Assembly: GCF_006345805.1 (NCBI RefSeq)
Contig: NC_042997.1
Span: 117,614,001 to 117,678,000, forward strand
Direction of reading: 5' to 3'
Length of the DNA: 64,000 nucleotides
From: Octopus sinensis
Taxonomy: Eukaryota
Part shown: positions 60,995 through 64,000 of the stretch, one piece after another
How the letters are laid out: every line of letters starts with the position of its first letter
Position numbering within the stretch: position 1 is the stretch's first letter
Notes under the pieces: generated by a model
Told to the model about the DNA's origin: nothing
The model's database searches: none
The model's input: only the letters and a program-made list of their open reading frames with translations
Position numbers and translations under genes: made by a program

Positions 60995-63190
60995 TGTGTA
61001 CAGTGCTCAGGTGCACTACAACTCATCTAAAGTGTATATATAATCAGGTGTAGTTTCGGCGGATTTCGGAAAGCATGAGGGCCTTAAAAGATGTAGTGTC
61101 ATGGCAGTCAACAACTGACGCAGGCAGTTTATTCCATGCTTCAGCAACTCTGAGCGTGAAAAAATGTTTCCGAAAGTCATGGGAGCTGTATTGTTTTCTG
61201 ACTTTGTAGGCATGTCCACGTGTGTTAGACACATGGAGATCAAAAAGGTGTTCAGTGTTGTTGTTGGTGAGGTGGTTGATAACTTTGTGGGTGTTTACCA
61301 AGTCCGTCGCCAAACGCCGGAGCTTCAGTGAATCCATGCCCAGGGAAACAAGGCGCTCAGAATATGGTAGGTGTCTGATGGAGGGTATGCGTTTGGTTGC
61401 ACGTCTCTGGACAGATTCCAGGAGGTCAATGTTCTGTGCAAGATAGGGGTTCCAAACTGATGATGCGAATTCCAAGTGTGGTCGTACCATAGCTATATAC
61501 AGTTTTAAATAGATGGCTGGAGAGCGGCTAACAAAAGACCTGCTGAGTGATGCCAAGACACCCTCGGCCTTCCTGACAATCTTAGAGATATGCTTTGACC
61601 AACACAAATCACTGCTGACAGTGATGCCTAGGTCACGCTCGCAAGAGGATTTCTTGATATCAGTGTTGTGGAGGGAGTATGTGAACGCAGGGTTTTTTCT
61701 CCCAAAATGCATGGTGGTACACTTGTCCACAGCCAGATTCAGTTGCCAGTCTGTGATCCATTGCTGCATTGTGTCTAGGTCTGATTGCAGGAAAGAGTTG
61801 TAGACATCAGGATCTGTCCTCTTGATTTCAAGGTACAGCTTGATGTCGTCTGCATATTTCAATACTGTGGCATTCCTTAAATTGGCATCTATGTCGTTAA
61901 TGTATGCCACAAACAAGAGGGGACCAAGGACAGATCCCTGTGGTACACCCGATGACATCTCATATGGTGTAGAGTGCTGTCCTAGAACTGTGACTACCTC
62001 CTTTCGGCTGAGGATGAAGGATTTCAACCAGTTAAAAAGGTCATCCCCCACACCCATTGCAGAGAGTTTCACCATAAGCCTTTTGTGTGGCACAGAGTTG
62101 AAAGCCTTAGCAAAGTCAAGGTAGACAACATCCACCCATGAGCCACTGTCAGTAATCTGAGTAATGTCCTCAAGGAACTCGACAAGCTGGTCACTGCAGC
62201 TGGAGTTAGGGACAAATCCATATTGTGAGGGTCGGATGAGACTGTGAGAGCTCCAGAAGTTCCAGAGTGTTTCTCTGACACACGATTCCATCAGTTTTGC
62301 AATACAGCTAGTGAGACTGACTGGGCGATAGTTGACAGGTGATGTGCGGTCGCCCTTTTTGAACAGAGGAATGACACTGGCAGTTTTCCACTGCTCCGGA
62401 GTAGCACCATTGTTGAGACAGTACTGGAAGAAAATAGAAAGCTGGTGTAAAAGGAAGTGCCTGCCACGTTTGAGAAGCAGGTATGTAACTCCATCGAGAC
62501 CAGGGGAGGCATAGTTGCGCTTATTTTGAAGGTGACGTCGCAGCATTGCAGGTGTAAATTCCATAGTTGTTATGGAGTTTGCTGTTAGTGATGGTGAAGA
62601 TGGTACATTTTGACTTTCAACAGTGAATATGTTTGCATAGCACTCGGCAATGAGTTCTGCGCATTCCTTGGGGTCGTCAGTGATCTGGTTTGTGTGAGGG
62701 TTGCGAAGAGGGCCCACTGGAGAGTGAGGTCTCTGCTTTGAGTGCACATATTTCCAGAAAACCTTGCTGTCAGGATTGGCTGCTATGCACTGTTCAAATT
62801 CAAGCACTGCTTTTTTTGTCACTTGCTTGAGATGGTTGGAGGATTTATTCCGCTTCTTCCTGTTGGTGTCTGATTTATGCAACCTGTATTCCCGTTCAGC
62901 AGTCCGACGTTCCCTCCTGGCAAGTCGGACCGCTGAAGTTTCCCAATTGCCCTTTTGGGGCGGTTCTTCTTTTTTTGTTTACGTGGCACTGATGCTGCAC
63001 ATGCTGCCCATATTGAGTCCAGGATACTCTGGAGTATAGTATTCACATCTCCAGAGTTGTAGAATTCACGCCAGTTTGGGTGCTGTAGTTCAGTGTGGTA
63101 CAGGTTCCAATCTGCTCTCTTCCAATCGAAGGAAGCAGATTGGAGATGGTTCAGGGTTGTAGTGAAAATAGAGGCGTTGAGTGGTTGCCT
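60945..63190 (-). mobile_element. CR1-clade LINE, 5'-truncated, with (TTA)n tail
   Basis: Linker ORF 62819-63193, then a frameshift into the RT ORF. A short 3' UTR precedes the (ATT)n tail at 60945-60992. Confidence 0.92.
61044..62882 (-). CDS. CR1-type LINE reverse transcriptase ORF (612 aa, uninterrupted)
   Basis: NYRPVSLTS, VYLDFAKAF, SGVPQGSVLGPLLF, YADDIKL, ERDLGI, RPHLEFASSVWNP, ESVQRRATK, TRGH. Confidence 0.9.
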   Translation of the reverse strand: MHKSDTNRKKRNKSSNHLKQVTKKAVLEFEQCIAANPDSKVFWKYVHSKQRPHSPVGPLRNPHTNQITDDPKECAELIAECYANIFTVESQNVPSSPSLTANSITTMEFTPAMLRRHLQNKRNYASPGLDGVTYLLLKRGRHFLLHQLSIFFQYCLNNGATPEQWKTASVIPLFKKGDRTSPVNYRPVSLTSCIAKLMESCVRETLWNFWSSHSLIRPSQYGFVPNSSCSDQLVEFLEDITQITDSGSWVDVVYLDFAKAFNSVPHKRLMVKLSAMGVGDDLFNWLKSFILSRKEVVTVLGQHSTPYEMSSGVPQGSVLGPLLFVAYINDIDANLRNATVLKYADDIKLYLEIKRTDPDVYNSFLQSDLDTMQQWITDWQLNLAVDKCTTMHFGRKNPAFTYSLHNTDIKKSSCERDLGITVSSDLCWSKHISKIVRKAEGVLASLSRSFVSRSPAIYLKLYIAMVRPHLEFASSVWNPYLAQNIDLLESVQRRATKRIPSIRHLPYSERLVSLGMDSLKLRRLATDLVNTHKVINHLTNNNTEHLFDLHVSNTRGHAYKVRKQYSSHDFRKHFFTLRVAEAWNKLPASVVDCHDTTSFKALMLSEIRRNYT

Positions 63191-64000
63191 CAACAGTCTG
63201 CGGTTACTGCAAAAAACCTGATTGGTTGCTTAACAAACCGATCACATGAAACTACTGTTGTTTGATAGTGATGTCTGCTTGGCTGCCTACCTATTCGGTT
63301 TCCAATCACCGCTACAAACCGTTTGCCTTCCTTTCCCATGTGATATAAATAGGACATATTTCCCTGATATTCATGCATCATATCTGAAACACATTTCCAA
63401 TTTGTTTCCAACCACAAGAGTAACTTGGGACTCATGAAAGGAAATCGCTATATTACTTAATACATATGAAACAAAAGTTAACCAAAAGTCTGAAAATAAG
63501 CATTACGACGTTTATGAAAACTTATGAAAAGGCTTTGAACAGGTAAATAGTTAAGTCAGAGTTGCTGGTGGATGGATAAAATCGTTGGAACATTGGAAAA
63601 AATGCTTTGTAGTACTTCTTTTGTCTCTTTACTTTATGAGTTCAAATTCCATCGAAGTCAACTTTGCCTTTCTTCCCTCTGGGAAGGATAAAATAGATTA
63701 CCAGCTAAGTACCAGGATAGGTTTTAATCGACTAACCACTCTTTACAAAATGTCTGGCCTTGAACTTGTATCAGTAATACTACAGTTGTAAATGGCCAGG
63801 GATAAAACTGAGTTTTTAATCTCTTAGTTCACATTCAGTACATATGACGTCTCTGTTTGGCAATGGAAGGATGAAGGCGAAACACTAATGTTGGGTTGTG
63901 ATTATGGAATCAGCTGGTCTTAATCCGACCTAGCATGTAATAATGAGATTTTAATCCAAGATTTTAATTTACAATTCAGCGCTTTCACACAGACGTGATA

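Noticed and set aside
61222-62514. Several plus-strand ORFs of 60-100 aa
   Set aside because: They are antisense shadows of the CR1 RT ORF.

Overview
AT-rich, microsatellite- and transposon-dense animal genomic DNA. The SINE/LINE repertoire looks like an Octopus (coleoid cephalopod) genome; this is inferred from the repeat types, not proven. One host gene is supported: a uridine-cytidine kinase (UCK1/UCK2-type) on the minus strand. Its five coding exons (59274-59381, 22696-22849, 8913-9009, 6917-7059, 3832-3926) join in frame through GT-AG introns of 36.4, 13.7, 1.9 and 3.0 kb. The remaining 3' exons were not found and probably lie left of position 1. The introns and upstream flank hold RTE-type and CR1-type LINEs, Penelope-like elements with hammerhead-ribozyme motifs, Helitron derivatives, Tc1/mariner/pogo remnants, several tRNA-derived SINE families, a lone 5S rRNA copy and many simple repeats. 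The most notable observations are: (1) a near-perfect 1.16-kb palindrome about 575 nt upstream of the exon encoding the nucleoside-specificity loop; (2) that loop reads YNYISCTK instead of YDFVSHSR, and two of the deviations could be reverted by A-to-I editing; (3) several hammerhead motifs; (4) a PHD-type finger inside the RTE ORF2; (5) a candidate SINE-derived poison exon; (6) intron 1 appears to be built from duplicated modules. There is no prokaryotic or CRISPR content.
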